Shown: positions 1 through 13,279 of the stretch, piece by piece
Layout: every line of letters begins with the position of its first letter
Numbering within the stretch: position 1 is the first letter of the stretch
DNA from: Azolla caroliniana
Taxonomy: Eukaryota; Plantae; Polypodiophyta
NCBI GenBank assembly: GCA_043228905.1
Contig: JBHGNT010000015.1
Location: 12,214,001 to 12,278,000 of the forward strand
Reading direction: 5' to 3'
DNA: 64,000 nucleotides
Notes under the pieces: generated by a model
What the model was told of the DNA's origin: nothing
The model's database searches: none
What the model saw: the letters and a program-made list of their open reading frames with translations, nothing else
Program-made: the position numbers and the translations under genes

Positions 1-2777
1 CCGTCCTGGCTCTTGACCCGCGCATAGGCCGAACCATTGTCCAGCACCTTGGTCTCCATTCGCGCCGCCGTGATGTACGGCTCTCCCAGTATGACCGGAT
101 GCGAGGACGTCTCCTGCACGAAGAAGTGCTGGTCAATCTCGACGTCGCCGATCTTGACTCGCACATTCGGACAGGCCCCGTGCAGTTCCTCGGTGGCGCG
201 CGTTGCTGCCCTTATTTTCCACCCGTGCTTGGTGTTGATCGGCCATTTGCCCTTCTTATAGAAGTCCATGGACATCAAATTGATCTCCGATCCGTGGTCT
301 ACCAAAGCTATCACCGGTTCCTGGACATCGCCGATCTTCACCGGGGTTTCCGTGGTCGCTCGGGCCCAGTGCGGTCTCGAATAGTGGCTTTCCGCCCACT
401 CGTCTCCCAACGCCATGTCGTCTAGGTGCGTCGTCCGTACTTCCACCGGTCTTTCCGGTTCTATCTCCGTTGACAGCCTCTTCCGTTTCACCAAGTCCAC
501 GATGGAGTCGTGGAACTCCTTCTTGGCGATTCCCAGCACCTCCCGTAGCGACAGCTCCACCTTGCTGTCGAGGATCCGTTCCTCCAGGACCTTTCGTAAG
601 TCCGTGGTTCTTTCTATCTCCGTCCCCAGACGGTACCCGCCCTTCTGGGGTTTATCTTGCGTACCGGCCCCGCCGGCTTCGTCCCGTCGTGGCCCGGACC
701 GGGTCTCGTATCGTTGTGAGGGCCCGGTCGTCCCGGGTTTCCCCACCCGCTTCTCTTCTACCAGAGCCTCGTAGTTCCGGCAAGCGGCTTCCACGAAGCC
801 CGTCTTTTCCTCGACCGGGTCGCTCCACCCGGTCATCTCCCGTACCCGTTTCTCCGCACGGTCCGATTCCTCCCTCTTCATCCTCGTATCGGGAAGGCCT
901 TCCAGCACCGTCGGCCAGAATCCGGCTTTGCTTCCTCTTCGGGCCTCGTTGCCCCCGACTCGAATACCGGCCGACGCCGAGTAGTGGACGGTTTCCGCAT
1001 GTCGGGCCGCCGCCTCTTCCATCAACCTCTTCATTCCGCCTCGCCCGTCGTTTCGGTTTAGGGCCCTTCTCGTGTCGTTGGCGTGAACCCGGCCTTCCCA
1101 TAGGTATACCACCCGGTTCTTCAGCGCCTCTGCGAAATCGCCGCAGTCTTTTCGGATGTGGCCGACCCCGTCGCACCACATGCACCTGTTCCCCGCCGCC
1201 GGCCGTCGGTCACGAGCAGGTCCTCCGCCTTCTCTGCGGGCTTGTGCGATTTGGAGGTCTTTTATCGCCCTCGTCAGTTCCTCCAACGCAGCTCCTCCAG
1301 TCGTGCCTCTGATCACGCCGGTCGGAGCTGAACCGGATTCCAGCCACTCCCGAGTCTCTTCCCTTCGCACCGGCTGCGCCGGCTCGAGTATCCTCGCCGC
1401 GACTGAGCCCGACCCGGTTGCTCTGTCATCCTCCCATTCTCGCCGTTTGTCGAAACGGCCGCAGGCTCTCTTGACCGCCGCCCAGTCGGCTGTCAGCCCG
1501 TCTTCGGTTTCTAGCAGGGCGCCCACGTGACTCCGATCCCTCTCGTCAACCGATTTGACGAACAGCAGGACCCGGCTTGTATCCAGGACCATCCTGTCAA
1601 GCGCCGAAAGGCGCGCGAAGTTCTCCTCGAACTCCCGGAGGAGTGCCGACGCATTCCTTCCTTTCCCGGGAGACTCCACCCACTCCATGAAGCTTCGCTT
1701 CGAAAGCCGGAGCGCGTCGTCCAGTCCGTATTTTTCCAGGAGCCGACCTTCGAACTCCTCCCAGGTACGGCTCTCCGCCCGCACCTCGAGCACCTCCGCG
1801 TGGATGCTCGGCATCGCCACTCGGGGAAAACCGGCAAGACGCCTGTCTTCCGGAATGTCCCGCATTAACATTTCCGCACCGTAGGACGCCAGGTACTTCG
1901 TGGCATCTTTTCCGGTGAATCGACCGATCGTTCCGACGACCGCCTCAATAGCTCTATCGAGGGCGCCGGTGCCCTCGCGCGCGCTTACTATCCGATCCAC
2001 GGCCGAAGCCATGGCCTCTGCAAGATCCGCCCCCTTCATTTCCTACTCTTCTGCCGCCTCTTTCACGTCGGGTTCACCAACATGTGGGGTTTGCTACGCC
2101 CTTGCGTGCAGAAAGGAGGAGGGACCACGGGGGTCTTGGACCGAAGAGCAAGAGAGAGAGGAGTAAGAGAGAGAGACCCGATTACACAGAACCGAAGATC
2201 GCATAGGGACACGGCCCAACAAACAGAGATCACAAATAAACGCCGACGCAGATGGACGCAACAAGAAAAGATATGTACTTATGAATGCAAGAAAATAACA
2301 GACTAAAGTATTACAACCCACGGTGGGGCACGAAATAGATACTAACGAAAACGAACAGGGCGGCGAACAGATGCCGACCCCTGTATGTCGCGACGCACAG
2401 AAAGGGAAAACAGGTCGGAGGTGCTGCAGGACGCGCTCGGGGCGTTCCACGGAACAGCGCAAGCCTCCTCGAAACCTGCACAGGTACGCGATGGAGCAGA
2501 AGACAGAGAAGGCAGGAGTGAGAGAGAAGCTCCGAAATCGGTTCGGCAACACTTCGTCCTCTCCGCGCGAGATACCCCACTTCTAGTCTTCCTCCTCCTT
2601 TTATAGCCCGTCAAGAGGCCGTTTGGCATTAACTGCATACCAACCGAATCTACCCACCTAGGATCCTCGTATGTACCTACTTCGACCTTAGGTACTTCTT
2701 GGCGCGCGTGTGTGTGTAGAGCCGTTTCCCACGCCTTGTTCCTCCGATTCCTCTTGTGGGCGGTTTTCTTCACGACA
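1..2777 (-). mobile_element. Ty3/Gypsy LTR retrotransposon G1 (5' LTR, PBS, disrupted gag-protease; continues beyond window start)
   Basis: 5' LTR 2083-2777 starts TGTCGTGAAG on minus. tRNA-Trp PBS at 2062-2079. Gag with CMWCDGVGHIRKDC knuckle and protease ALVDHGSEINL, highly similar to G2/G3. Early in-frame TAG in gag. Confidence 0.93.
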
Positions 2778-2779
2778 AC

Positions 2780-3050
2780 GCTCTGATACCATGTAATGGA
2801 ATGGGAGGCAAGAGTGATTGCAATGCAGTGGAAGAAGATTGAGAGAGAGTGTGTGAGACAACAGAGGGAGGGAGGGAGAGAGAGAGCTCTGAAGGCAGAG
2901 ATAGAAAAAAATGTATATTAACCAAAAATACATCAAAACATAAAACATCCAACCATGACTAAGTTACAATGCGTTGGTTTATATACCAACTAAGCTAGGG
3001 AAAGTGTCCTCTCTACTATTTACAAAACTAGCCCAACATGTCCATGAGCT
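2780..3050 (-). mobile_element. LTR end plus tRNA-iMet PBS of an older LTR element interrupted by G1
   Basis: Minus strand reads ...CCATTACA-TGGTATCAGAGC (PBS 2780-2791) directly abutting the G1 LTR. Left extent of this LTR is approximate. Confidence 0.65.
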
Positions 3051-6000
3051 AGTGTGAAACCTATCTATGGGAAGTTGAGTTTGACTCTCAACACCGGGGA
3101 AGAGGCCAGATTCGGAGTCCTCAAAACCAGGACAAATCAGGACAAGGTCAAAGTCAAGGGGGAGGCCTACTTGCTTTTATCGCGGAAAGCCGGGGCACTT
3201 CCAGAAGAACTGTCGACACTTTTGGAAAGCCATTTAAGGGGAGCCGACATTCCGGATCATGGCTCGAGCCCGGAAGATCAACACACTATACTTGATGCAT
3301 GCCTAGATCTATCGGGAAGAAGTGAACGTGGCATGCGAAAATGCCGGTGAGCTGTGACACAAGAGGTTGTTCCACATGAGCCAAAAAGGGATGAGAAGAC
3401 TTGCTGGAGATAACCTCATTCCGGAGGTGAAAGACCTACAGCTTGAGAAGTGCACCGATTGCTTGGCAGCAAGCAAAACCAAACCTCTTTCAAGTCAAGA
3501 CCACCGTTGAGACAGAATGCACCATTGGAACTTGTGCATACCAATGTATGCCAAGTGGACACGAAGTCACATGCCGGATCGCAGTACTTCATGACATTCA
3601 TAGATGACCACAACCGAAAGTTGTGGGTCTCAACATTGAAGACGAAGGATCAGGTGTTATCCATCTTCAAGGAATTCCACACGAGGGTGGTAAGGGAAAC
3701 CGGTTGGAAGTTGAAGGCGGTTCGAGCGGAAAACGGAGGAGAGTACTAGGGCCAGTTCGAGGAGTATTGCCGATTGAAGGGAATCCGGTTCGAATTTACC
3801 GTGCCGAAGACGTCAAAACTAAACAGATTGGCCGAAAGGATGAACCAGGCCGTGATGGAGAGATCCAAAGCATGTTGGCACATGCTAAGTTGCCCAAGAC
3901 GTTTTGGGCTGAGGCGCTAATGACAACAACATACATGATAAACAGATCACCCTCAGTGCCCTTGGAAGGAGACTCACCGCAGAAAGTATAGACCGATAAA
4001 GACGTGTCTTACCGTGATCTGAAAGTGTTTGGATGTCTCTCTTACGTACATGTTGCAAAGGACAAGAGAGAAAAGTTGGATCCAAAGTCCCGACCATGCA
4101 TATTCCTTGGATACGGCGATGATGAGTTCGGCTACCAAGTGTGGGACTTAGTCGACAAGAAGGTCTTCCGAAGTCGAGACATAGTCTTCATGGAAGACAA
4201 GAACATTGTCGACTGGGAGTCGGAGAAGAAGATAGTGGACTCCAAGTCGACCGACACGGATCGGTCAAAAGATACAAGGACTCATCCGGCCGGAAGCCGG
4301 ATGACACTCGAAGAACCAGCCAGAGTCGAACAAGAAACCGAACCGATCGAAGAAGAAGAAGAATCTCACACCGGGTCAACTGACATAGATCAGTTGGAAG
4401 ATGCTAGGACACATATGGTCGGAAGTCGGATGTCAGACGAGGACCATGATGAACCAACCGGATTCGGACAAGAGACCGAACTGATCGAAGAAGAAGAATT
4501 GGACACCGGAGCGGAACAAGACCTGGATTCGGATTCGGATTCGGATGAAGAACAAACGGAGGAACCGGTGGCCGAAGACAAAGGAAGAAGATATCCCCTC
4601 TTGGAAAGAAGAGCCCCCCAGAGATTTCTGAATGCAGAGCATGTGTTGCTGACCGCCGTGGGGGAGCCGAAAAGCTTCGACGTAGCGAAGAAAGACACCC
4701 ACAACCGCAAATGGTTATTAAGTGCCATGCAGGATGAGATGGATTCCTTGCATGAGAACCACACATATGAACTGATGGAGTTGCCGAAGGGAAAGAGAGC
4801 GCTCCGGAACAAGTGGGTGTACAAGCTAAAACCGGGGGACGCCGCATATCCACCCAAGTACAAAGCCCACATTGTGGTGTAGGGCTTCCAGCAGAAGAAA
4901 GGAGTGGATTTCGATGAGATCTTTGCCCCAGTAGTGAAGATGACATCCATCCAGACGGTGTTGAGCATAGTGGCAAGCATGGACCTCGAGGTAGAGCAAC
5001 GAGACGTAAAGACGACATTGCTACATGGCGACCTCGAAGGAGAGATCTACACGCAACATCCGGAGGGATTTGTCAAGAAAGGGAAGGAGCACCTAGTATG
5101 CGGTTGAAGAAGAGCTTATACGGACTGAAGAAAGCTCCCCGGCAATGGTACTAGAAGTTCGACTCCTTCATGACCGACCAAGGATACCACAAGACGCAGG
5201 CCAACCACTAAATACTTGTGAAGAAGTTCGACGGAGGAGACTTCCTAATGCTCCTAATGTATGTGGACGACATGTTGATCGTCGGACGGGACCATATCAA
5301 ATTGGAATGTGGAAGAAGGCTTTGAGTTGATCATTCGCAATGAAAGATGTGGGTCCAGCAAAACGGATTTTGGGGATGTACATAATCCGGAACCGGTTGA
5401 AGAAGCAGTTGTGGCTATCACAAGAGAAGTACGTGACAAAGGTGCTTCAAAGGTTCAGAACATCGGATGCTAAGCCAGTCAGGTCGACACTTCTGACTAA
5501 CTATGTCGCATTGTTACGCACGTGCGTGGAGAAACGAGGCGGGACCACCGGGGTCTTGAACCGAAGAGCAGGTGATAGGAGGGGAAAGAGAAAGAGAGAG
5601 ACGACCGGTTACATATGAGCAAAGAAACACAGGGACACGGCCCATCAACGCAGAAGACGCGAATGGACACAGAGACAGAGAGACACAAATGTTTGTATAT
5701 TAACAAGGGACACAAAAACAATAGAGCACACGAGTGGTTACAACCGAACAGGCCGGCGAACAGATGCCGATGCCTGCTCGTCTGCGCACGAAAGGGGATA
5801 GGATGGAGGTGCTACCGGAAGCACACGGGCGTTCCTCGAAGCAGCGCGAGCCTCCTAAAAACCTGCAGAGAAGAGCAATAGAGAACAAACAGAGGAGAAG
5901 CGTTCGGTTACGGTCCGACAGCACTTCGTCCTCCTCAATGCGCTATCCCTTCTCCCTGCGTCTCCCTCTCCTTTATAGCTTCAAGAAGGGAGCCGTCTCC

Positions 6001-6142
6001 CTCATTTACTTCCTACCTACCGAATCTAACTACCCGGTTATGCCTTTGTACTTAATTCCCTATTATATACATTAAGGGCGTGCACACGTGAAGAGCCGGT
6101 TCACGCGCGCTATTCACCGATTGCGCCAAGGGATGGTTTTCT

Positions 6143-9100
6143 TCACGACATCCGCCCCCACCTAACTACGCATCCACCGGTATGCGCCAAAATTGGGTTC
6201 TGGTTGGAGAAAACTGGTCCGGGTTCCGTTTCTTCGTCCATCGGTTCGTCCTCCGTTTCGGACTGTTCGTCTTCGCTGTCCAGGCCTCTTAGATTCGGTT
6301 CGTCATCGTGGCGTTTCTTGAACGCTTTGACCCGCTTCCCTGCTACCGGCATCACCATCCTCGTACTGTCAAGTTCCGCCAGGTGATACGTCCCGTTGTC
6401 GTTGGTGCTCGTTACCACGTAAGGCCCGAACCACCGCTTCGCAAACTTCCATGTTGCTCGGTGCTGGTTGTCGAGGCTGCTTTCGTAGACTAGCACCCAG
6501 TCGCCTTCCTCGATTTTCTTTGGTCGGAGCCGGTGCGTCCGGTCGAACCGGGCTTTGTTCTTCATCCTCGCCGCCCGAAGTCTCTCCGCCGCTCATTCCA
6601 CGTCCTCTGGCCTCCGCTCGAGCTGCCATATATGCGCCGCTAGCAATTCTTCCCGACTCATTTCGTCACTCCAGTCTACTGTCGCCGAAGAGGAGATCGT
6701 TCGTTCCATCGTCATGATCGGCTTCTGTCCGAACATGAGCTCTGACGGCATGAACCCGGTTACCGAACTGTGCGTTGTCTGGTCCGCCCACAAGGCATAG
6801 GGTAACAGTCGTGGCCAGTTCCCGACCTGTCCTTCGCACGCCCGGACTAGCGCTTTGACGATCGGTTCGTGCCCGCGCTCCACCTTCTCGTTTGCCTCCG
6901 GATTGTACGCTGTGGTGAGCGAGAGCTTGACCCCTAACCGATCGAACAACCCTCGGCCTCTTCGACGTCCAACTCCCCGCGGTCAGCCACGATCTTTCTG
7001 ATGCACCCGTACCGGCATATCACGTCCTTGATCAGGAACCGACACACGGCCGCGGTCGTTTTTTTTTGCAGGGCTCGGCCTTCCACCTGGTTCGTCAGGT
7101 CCTCCAGGGCCAGCACCAGATATCGCATCTGCCCTACGCCCATCGACATCGTCACCAAATCTACCATCCATTTGAAGTGGATGGCCGGAGGGTATGTAGG
7201 GTGAAGCTCGTCCCGATGTCGAACTATGGAGTGCATCTGATAGCTCTCACAAGTTGTAACGAACCGATGTACGTCCCGGTACAGTCCCGGCCACCAGTAC
7301 TTCCCCTTTAGTTTCTCGAACGTGGCCCACGTCCCACGGTATCCAGCCCAGGGGCTATCGTGATAGGCCTTCAGCAACTCCCCCTGTTCCGCCTTCATCG
7401 CCACTACTCGGAGCGGGATGTCGTTTCTCTTCTTCAGGTGCTTCCACAAGTATCCGTCCTGGAGAAAGAATCGGTACGCTTTCTTCCGGATCCGGTTGGC
7501 CTCGTCCCTTGTCCATGACGCGTTCGGAATCATCATCCTTAAGAATCCCCCGATCTGCAGCCACTCCCCGTCGTACTTGCTTTCGTTGAAATCGTTAAGC
7601 GCCGGAGTGCTCCCCCCTTCGGTTGTTACGTAAGCCGCCTCGAAGAAGTCCACGCCGACTTCCTCGTCCTCCGAAACCATGCCGCCCTCGTCGTTGAATC
7701 GCGCCCTCGAAAGCATGTCGGCCATGACATTGTCTTTCCCGGAAATGTGTCGTATTTCCTGATTTAGGGACTTGATGTACGCTATCCACCTGAGCATTGC
7801 CAGGTCCGGGGTTGCGCATCCGGAGACCATGCCGAGAATCGGTAGGCAGTCCGTTTCAATGATTACCTCTGTCCCGATCAGATAATCTTTATCGGCCTTC
7901 ACCGCCGAAATGATACCCCAGAGTTCATGTTTAACGTAGGCGTATCCTCGTTGTCGCTCGCTGAGGACCTTCGCGCCGAACCGGATTGGGAACCGAATGC
8001 CGTCCTCATCTTCTTGGTTGACGACCCATCCGATCCCGGTCGGACTCGTATCTACCGTTATGTAGATGGGAGTGCCTTTCTCGTAGACAGCCTTCCGGAG
8101 TGCCGGAGTTGCAGCAAGAGCCTCCTTCATCTTCCGGACCGACTCCGTATGCTCGTCTCGCCACTCGAATCTTCGCCCCTTTTTCAGCAACCCGTATAGC
8201 GGTTCGGCAACGTGGGCGTAATGCGGGATCCATATGTGGTAGAATGCGCATGCTCCCAAGAACCTCCGTACCTCCGTGACCGAGTTACAATCGGGCTTCA
8301 TTGCGGAGATGGCTTCCACCTTTGCCGGAGATGGTTTCCGGCCATACGGTCCGCATAGATGTCCAACGACCATGATCTCTGATTGCCCGAAGGACGATTT
8401 CTCCCCGGAGAAGGTGAGCCTCGCGTCCTCTAGCCTCTGCAGCACCCTCTCGCAGTCGTCAATGTGCGTCGCCACGAATTTCCGGTATCCGTCTGGTCCG
8501 ATCGTTTCGTCCTTTTCCTCCACCGGACATCCCCTGATCGGGATGTCGTCCAAGAATGGCATGGTGATGTCCGGGATACAATCCCTCAACACCTTGTTCA
8601 TCGCATTCACCATGTGGGCCACCGAGTTCGTCCCTCCTTGTGGCAGGGTACACATCCGCACTAGGCCGAGAGGAGTCCGCATTGTCGTAATGTCTCTGCT
8701 CTCTACGGCTAGTTGGAACTGATCGTACCCCGAGTACAGATCACCGACCGAGTAGATCGACCTTCCGGCGAAGGCCTCCGCGAACTCGTCTATCGTTGGT
8801 CCGATTCCTGCGTTCCGAATGGTCACTCTGTTGACCGGTTGCAGGTCTTGAATGAAGCGCAACGTCCCGTTCTTCTTCGGTACGGTAAACCACCGGTTCG
8901 AGTACGGGGCACTCGACGGTTCGAGGATGCCCATATCGATTTTCTGCCTCAACAGCTCCATCAGCTCCGGGATGTGAGCTTTTGGTACTGGAATTGGCTT
9001 GAGATTCCACGACACATGCGGTACCGTGAATATCACCATCGGCTTCATGACCGTCGGGTCTACGCACCCGATCTCTTCCGGTGAGAATGCGAAGGCTTTC

Positions 9101-9729
9101 CCGTGCCTTCCGAGCATTCTCCGAAACCGGTCTTCTTCCGCCGGTAGTAGGAACCCGCCCCCACCGATTTTGAGCTCCCGTAGCGTTCTGTCGGTGAAGG
9201 TGTGTCCTATGCAGGCCGGATCTCGTAAACTGGGGTCCGATGCGACCCCCTTGATTCGCAACTCGCTGCCCTCTGGTAAGGGTGCCGCGAATGGCCTTAC
9301 CTTCCGGTCCACAGTTTTATACTTCGTGTTAACCCGGGCCGTCCGTTCCGACTCGAGCCCTCGACTAAAGTCCGCGATGACTTCGTACATTTCTTCTGAA
9401 CAAACCGGTATCGTCTGGTCCTCTTTAAGGCCCTCTCTGATCACCTCTCGCAGTATTCCCAAGGTATCGTCAAAGGAGACCGCCTCCACGGCTCCGTTGA
9501 TTTCCTCGCTGGGCCCGAGAACTCCGCACGCCCGAAGTCGCTCTTCCACCCTTGTCTTTTCTCAGCCTACGACGCCAACTATCGTACACCCTCCGTTGTC
9601 GGAGAAACAAAACTTCCTACTTATGGTACAAGGTTTCTTCGGTTTCGCTCCTATCGTACATTTGTGGGGTTTTCCCGGAGTGTCAGGACTGTCGCGGCCC
9701 CACGCCTTGGCAGCCCTCTCTAAAAATCC
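6143..9729 (-). pseudogene. pol: G2 pol (RT-RNase H-integrase), disrupted
   Basis: ORF 6934-9549 with RT (QDLQPVN, LPQG, PFLDD), RNase H (TVDTS, ETDC, ADMLSR) and integrase. Continues in 6593-6949 and 6143-6565 (WFGPY). Premature stop at 9562. Confidence 0.93.
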
Positions 9730-11873
9730 TCTCGGTTCTCGCCACTGAGGGACTCGCAGTTTCGCTCGTGGTTCGGTCGCACTGTCAGGAACTGGACCGA
9801 ATGACGCCCGTCCTGACTCTTGACCCTCGCGTAAGCCGACCCGTTGTCCAGCACCTTGGTCTCCATTCGTGCTGTCGTAATGTACGGTTCTCCCAGTATG
9901 ACCGGGTGCGAGGACGTCTCCTGCACAAAGAAGTGCTGATCTATCTCGACGTCGCCAATCTTGACTCGCACGTTTGGGCAAGCCCCATGTAGTTCCTCGG
10001 TGGCGCGCGTCGCTGCCCGTATCTTCCACCAGTGCTTGGTGTTGATCGGCCATTTCCCCTTTTTGTAGAAGTCCATGGACATCAGGTTTATTTCCGAATT
10101 GTGGTCCACCAGCGCCACCACCGGTTCTTGAACATCTCTGATCTTCACCGGGGTTTCCGTGGTCGCTCGGGCCCAGTGTGGCCTCGAATAGTGGCTCTCC
10201 GCCCACTCGTCTTCCAGCGCCATGTCCTCTATGTGCGCCGTCCGCACCTCCACCGGCCTTTCCGGTTCTGCCTCCATCCACAGCCTCTTCCTCTTCACCA
10301 AGTCCACGATGGAGTCGTGGAACTCCTTCTTGGCGATCCCGAGCACCTCCCACAACGACAGTTCCACTTTGTTGTCGAGGATTCGTTCTTCCAGGACCTT
10401 TCGTAGGTCCGTGGTCCTTTCAATCTCCGTGCCCAAACGGTATCCGCCCTTCTTGAGGTTATCCCGGGCACTGGACTCACCGGCCTTGTTCCGTTTCAGC
10501 CCGAATCAGGATTCGTATCTTTGTGAGGGTCCGGCCCCTCCGGTTTTACCTACCCGCTTGTCTTCAACCAGAACCTCGTAGTTCTGGCAAGCTGCGTCGA
10601 CGAACCCCGTCTTTTCTTTGACCGGGTCACTCCACCCGGTTACCTCCTGGACCCGCTTCTCCGCGCGGTCCGCCTCGTCTCTCTTTAGTCGGGCACCGGC
10701 GAGGCCTTCCAGCACCGTCGGCCAGAACCCGGCTTTGCTCTCCTTCCGGGCCTCGCTGCCTCCGACCCGAATACCAGCTGACGCTGAGTAGTGGACGGTC
10801 TCCGCGTGCCAGGCTGCCGCTTCTTCCATCAGCCTTTTCATTCCTCCTCGCCCGTCGTTTCGGTTCAGGGCCCTCCGGGTATCGCTGGTGTGCACCCGAC
10901 CTTCCCACAGGTACACTACCCGGCTTCTCAAAGCCTCCATAAAGTCCCCGCAGTCTTTCCGGATGTGGCCGACCTCGTCGCACCACATGCACCTACTTCC
11001 TACGGGAGGCCGTCGATCACGAGCCTGATCGCCGCCTTCCCTCGGAGCTTGGGCGATCTAGAGATCCTTTACCGCTCGTGTCAACTCCTCCAGAGCCGTT
11101 CCCCCGGACGAGCCTCTGATCACGCCGGTCGAAGACGAACCGGTTTCGAGCCACTCCTGGGTCTCTTCCCTTCGCGCCTGCAGTATCGGTTCGAGCTTCC
11201 TTGCTGTGACAGGTCCTGCCCCGGTCGCCTCTGTATCAGCCCACTCCCACCGTTTGTCAAAACGGCCGCAGACTCTCTTTACCGCGGCCCAGTCGGTCGT
11301 CAGCCCGTCTTCGGTTTCCAGTAAAGAGCCAACTTGCCCCCGATCCCGTGCGTCAACCGATTTGACAAACAATAGGACACGACTTGTGTCCAGAACAGTC
11401 CGATCGAGCGCCGAAAGGCGCACAAAGCGTTCCTCAAACTCCCGGAGGAGTACCGACGCATTTCTTCCTTTGTTGGGGGACTCCACCCACGCCATGAAGC
11501 CCCGCTTCGAAAGTCGAAGCGCGTCATCCAGCCCATATTTCTCCAGGAGCCGTCTATCGAACTCCTCCCAGGTCCGGCTCTCCGCCAGGACCTCGAGCAC
11601 CTCCGCATGGATGCCCAGCATCGCCACTCGAGGGAATCCGGCAAGATGCCTCTCTTCCGGAATATCCCTCATCAACATCTCTGCCCGGTAGGACGCCAAA
11701 TAACTCGTGGCATCCTTTCCATTGAACCGGCCGATCATACCGACGATCGCCTCAATAGCCCTGTCAAGGGCGCCGGTGCCCTCGCGCGCGCTCACTATCT
11801 GGTCCACGGCCGAAGCCATGGCCTCTGCAAGATCCGACCCCCTCATCTTCTGCTCCTCTGCCGCCTGTTTCAC
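9720..11873 (-). pseudogene. gag: G2 gag-protease ORF (broken by stops/frameshifts)
   Basis: ORFs 11058-11873, 10506-10988 and 9720-10436. CX2CX4HX4C knuckle, protease ALVDHNSEINL, ends ENREDF-TAG. Confidence 0.9.
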
Positions 11874-13279
11874 GTCGGGTTCACCAAATATGTCGCGTTG
11901 TTACGTGCGTGCGTGGAGAAACGAGGCGGGACTACCGGGGTCTTGAACCGAAGAGCAGGTGATAGGAGGGGAAAGAGAAAGAGAGAGACGACCGGTTACG
12001 TATGAGCAAAGAAACACAGGGACACGGCCCGTCAACGCAAAAGATGCGAATGGACACAGAGACAGAGAGACACGAATGTTTGTATATTAACAAGCGACAC
12101 AAAAACAACAGAGCACGCGAGTGGTTACAACCGAACAGGCCGGCGAACAGATGCCGATGCCTGCTCGTCTGCGCACGAAAGGGGATAGGATGGAGGTGCT
12201 ACCGGAAGCACACGGGCGTTCCTCGAAGCAGCGCGAGCCTCCCGAAAACCTGTAGAGAAGAGCAATAGAGAACAAACAGAGGAGAAGCGTTCGGTTACGG
12301 TCCGACAGCACTTCTTCCTCCTCAATGCGCTATCCCTTCTCCTTACGTCTCCCTCTCCTTTATAGCTTCAAGAAGGGAGCCGTCTCCCTCATTTACTTCC
12401 TACCTACCGAATCTAACTACCCGGATATGCCTTTGTACTTAATTCCCTATTATATACATTAAGGGCGCGCACACGTGAAGAGCCGGTTCACGCGCGCTAT
12501 GCACCAATTGCGCCAAGGGACGGTTTTCTTCACGACAACGGTGGTTGTAGAAGCTGGTAAAGAGGTAATCTGGATGAAGGACTTCATCAGAGAGCTAGGG
12601 TTTTGGCAGGAGGAATTCCGGCTCCACTGCGACAATGAAAGTGCCATCCACCTCACGAAGAACGCTGCCTACCACTCTCAGACGAAGCATATCCAAAGGA
12701 GATATCATTGCCTCCGGGAGAAGGTAGAAGATAAAGAGTTCGTGCTGACGAAGATCCATATGGAGGAGAATGGGTCGGACATGTTGAGCAAGGTGTTGTT
12801 AGTAGACAAGTTGGACATGTGCCGGAGAAGAATTGAAATGACAAGACATCCCATGTTGGAGTGAAGGGGGAGCTTGTTGGGAATTCGGTCCAAGGACATA
12901 TCTGTAAATTTGTTTCTAAAGTCATATAAGTATAAATATGAGTTAGGGCAATCACGTTAGTATAATGTGTAGAGATATTGTTGTATAGACATAGAGAGAG
13001 CATGAGAGGAGAATGTGAAATACAGAAAGCTTTTTTGTTGTAACCGTCGGTTGGTGAAGACATAGAGCTCGAGGTCGTTGCCTCTGAGTCTCATTCTATT
13101 GTACCCCTTCCTCTCATAGTGATAGTTGGAGTCTGTGGGCTCCCGTGGTTTTTTCCCATTTTGGGTTTTCCACGTAAACATCTAGTGTTGTCTCATACTG
13201 TGTAAGTGCATTAATCTAATCTCCATTGAGTGATTGAGACTCGGTTGTGGCCGAGCGCTATTTCGCACATGTTTTTCAA

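Larger units (their letters stand above)
5504..12537 (-). mobile_element. Full-length Ty3/Gypsy element G2 (647-bp LTRs at 11891-12537 and 5504-6150)
   Basis: Near-identical LTR pair with TGTCG..CGACA ends, PBS-Trp 11869-11886, PPT region next to 6151, order gag-PR-RT-RH-IN. Confidence 0.97.
3054..13180 (+). mobile_element. Degenerate Ty1/Copia element (integrase-RT at 3054-5503, RNase H at 12538-12864, 3' LTR from 12875), interrupted by G2
   Basis: GAG-pre-integrase-like motif, FIDDH...RAENGGEY integrase, KLDPKSRPCIFLGY, RT motifs NKWVYKLK and YVDDML, RNase H LHCDNESAIHL..TKHIQRRYH, PPT GAAGGGGGAG then TGTTGG. Many stops and frameshifts. Confidence 0.9.

Noticed and set aside
37-12325. Many 60-280 aa antisense or alternate-frame ORFs over Gypsy elements (also 33266-40303 and 50489-55405)
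   Set aside because: Expected shadows of GC-rich retroelement DNA, with no recognisable domains.
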